Below, piece by piece: positions 63,786-64,000 of a stretch of 64,000 nt of DNA. Source of the DNA: Raja brachyura (lineage: Eukaryota); assembly GCA_963514005.1 (NCBI GenBank), contig OY740792.1, forward strand, positions 36,146,001 through 36,210,000, in the 5' to 3' direction. The notes beneath the pieces are model-generated. The model was not told the origin of the DNA, made no database searches, and saw only the letters and a program-made list of their open reading frames with translations. Numbering within the stretch: the stretch's first letter is position 1; each line of letters begins with the position of its first letter. Position numbers and translations under genes: made by a program.

Positions 63786-64000
63786 GTGGCCTTTGCACGG
63801 TGATTACAATCTCCTCGGACCTGTTGGATGAGAACGCTCCCATTGTAACTTTCTCACTCTCCTCCACCTGGCAGTGATATCTCCCTCCGTCCTCCATTGT
63901 AATCTGGTACAGTTTCAGAACGTATTCCTTGTCGTCTTTCTTCCTGACAGCCAACTTTCCCAAATTCTCCCTCGCTCCGTATTCACCGTGGAAGGACAGG
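63786..64000 (-). CDS. CD101: CD101-like gene, Ig-V exon (probable domain 3), 5'-incomplete at the window edge
   Basis: Open frame LSFHGEYGARENLGKLAVRKKDDKEYVLKLYQITMEDGGRYHCQVEE...ITVQRP contains the DxGxYxC motif. Phase-1 donor C|GTAAG at 63785. Confidence 0.8.

Overview
A repeat-dense vertebrate window, almost certainly from a cartilaginous fish (skate, ray or shark), judged from roughly 30 HE1-type tRNA-derived V-SINEs sharing a CR1 tail. Two EWI-family immunoglobulin genes lie in tandem on the minus strand. At the right are six 3' exons of a CD101 (IGSF2)-like gene: five Ig-V exons plus a transmembrane/tail exon, all with phase-1 GT-AG junctions. At the left are the TATA promoter and signal-peptide exon (MKCIPIQLVALLL|G) of an IGSF3-like gene. 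The roughly 47 kb between them, and the introns, hold CR1, L2, Rex1/Babar and Tx1 LINE fragments (one 2.46-kb CR1 with an unbroken RT frame), a decayed Penelope-like element (PLE), an IR/DR Tc1 element, Harbinger MITEs and two unclassified DNA-type elements with long GC-rich hairpins. The most striking signal is about 20 short (100-240 bp) PLE-derived units carrying a minimal hammerhead-ribozyme motif (CTGAAGA-A-GGG-loop-CCC-GAAA-CGTC). Many are palindromic, and several have 8-14 bp target-site duplications. Family and orthologue calls come from recalled motifs, not database searches. Repeat boundaries are approximate unless a target-site duplication is given.
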